Assembly: GCF_004010195.1 (NCBI RefSeq)
Contig: NC_057756.1
Span: 3,143,824 to 3,207,823 of the forward strand
Reading direction: 5' to 3'
Length of the DNA stretch: 64,000 bases
Source of the DNA: Chiloscyllium plagiosum
Taxonomy: Eukaryota
Below, piece by piece: positions 62,400 to 64,000 of this stretch; the first letter of the stretch is position 1, and each line of letters begins with the position of its first letter. The translations under genes and the position numbers were made by a program. The notes beneath the pieces were generated by a model. That model saw nothing but the letters and a program-made list of their open reading frames with translations. It was not told where the DNA came from and did no database searches.

Positions 62400-64000
62400 T
62401 TGATGTATTTGGAAGCCAAACACCGTTTATGAGAGTTTCAGAATTACGACAAAACAATGTAAGGGGAATGTTGATATGTCTCTAAGCACTATGTCTTTCT
62501 ATTCTGCAAGTTGTTCCTAGGATCTTCACCAGTTGTCATTCTCGTTGGTCGTAGTCATGTACCTTTTCAAAGTCCATACTATTGCTATTGTCCAACTGCA
62601 GTGCATGGAAGGAGAGGATGTGATGTTGATCCAGACTTTTGATGTGATGTCAAGATTTTTGCTTCCATGCAGTTAATGCGAATTACTTGATCACACTCAT
62701 GCCTTTTGCTTTCTACATGTGCCAGGAGTTGGGGCGTAACAGCTCAGTTATTAGTTGCAGGATTCCCATCCTCTTACCATCATTTATCGCCAGACGACTT
62801 GTACGGCCAGTCCACGACTGTTTATATACCGTGATGAACCTAATGGAGTTGATTACTTGATAGTCAGTAGCGTTTGTACTGTTGATTTTCAAGATGTGAT
62901 GGTTGGATGATTGAAATTTGGAGATATTTAATTGTAATTGTGTGCTGTAAATATTTGTTTGAGCCTTGTACGCCAATAGCTGTATATTGACAAGTACTGC
63001 GGTATTGAACATGAGATTCCTCACTGTCTATGGTCTGCTTAATTGGGCTACATTTTCTCAATCTTCAACAAGCATCCTCAATTCTGCACCTATAACAGAA
63101 AGAAGGGGAGTAAGGAGACAGTAAAGTTTCGTTGTGCAAAGGAAACTCCTGCAGGAACGTGTTGATTTTGAGATGTGTGACACACAATGAGAATGACCTT
63201 CCCTTATATTAGGTGTGAATGTAGACAGTAGAAAGTTTTACCACTTATCGCGTTTTTTTTAAACTGGCACACATTTCTTCTACTGTCGATTAACTGTTTC
63301 GCCCCGTTAAATGTAGTCAGACTAACCACATCCCTGGAATGCGATTCCATTGTTAAAGCATACACAGAGACTGAACTGAGGTCAGAAGATGTCATGACCT
63401 GCGAAATATCAAGCTGAGTGTTACTAAGCACATTATTGCCAAATGATCACTGCGTGATAATGCTTTTGGTGCCACTTTCCATTATTTCTTCTATTTTGCA
63501 TAGCCCATAATAGATTTTACAGCAGAAATCTCAAGTCTGTCGTCGAACATTTGCCTGGGTCTGAGCCTTTGCAGAACCTAATAATTCCAACAACCATTTG
63601 ACTCGAATGGATACTTCTGATGCCAACATCCTCCAGATGAGGAAGACATTCATTGTGTTGTGGATGCTTTGCATATTCATCCAGTTTCCATTTACATTGA
63701 TTTGATGGATGCTCCCATTACTGTTGGCTACGTGTTTTGTGCAACCACCTCCTCCAATGAAGTTTATGATTGTCCAGCATCATTCGTGACGAAGTGTCAT
63801 TGGATTGCTGAGCGTAGACCGGTTCTGCTGCAAAGGACATCTTTAACACTTTCTATCACTCGCTGTTAATTCTCCTTCGGTTGCGTAAATTCCTTGTTGA
63901 AAGATTAACATGGTTGATACACCATTATCTGGGCCTGCTGTTGTTCTGGGCACAATGGCCTGTAGTCGTCACTGATCAAGGGCGAACATGTTTCTCAAGT
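62400..64000 (-). mobile_element. old non-LTR retrotransposon fragments (CR1/L2 group)
   Basis: degraded similarity to the reverse complement of the LINE family at 31692 and 50600. Confidence 0.5.

Noticed and set aside
1..64000. CRISPR arrays, operons or other prokaryotic systems
   Set aside because: The sequence is vertebrate genomic DNA with no repeat-spacer array or dense ORF structure

Overview
Eukaryotic, AT-rich vertebrate DNA, almost certainly shark: it carries HE1-type tRNA-derived SINEs, CR1 and Rex1-like LINEs, Penelope elements and Gmr1-like Gypsy elements; the SINE form resembles that of carpet/bamboo sharks (inference). No intact protein-coding gene is present, and most ORF-track entries are transposon fragments or chance ORFs. 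Main discovery: nearly all non-repetitive sequence between the transposons (~4.4-62.1 kb) reads on the + strand as the relic of a very large collagen-type (Gly-X-Y)n gene or tandem gene cluster. Every third codon is GGN or a degraded GGN (GAA, GAT, AGA, TGA, TGT, CGT, AAA), while X-Y positions still spell typical collagen triplets (GFNGFP(G)ER, NGARGIV, (G)FQ(G)DR(G)DRGSD). Many splice sites survive. Exons are full of stops and interrupted by LTR, LINE and Penelope insertions; excising one solo LTR with its 4-bp TSD restores the collagen frame exactly. A heavily deleted, RT-less endogenous retrovirus lies at ~25.4-31.5 kb on the - strand. Repeat boundaries and most exon ends are approximate; everything was read by eye without database searches.
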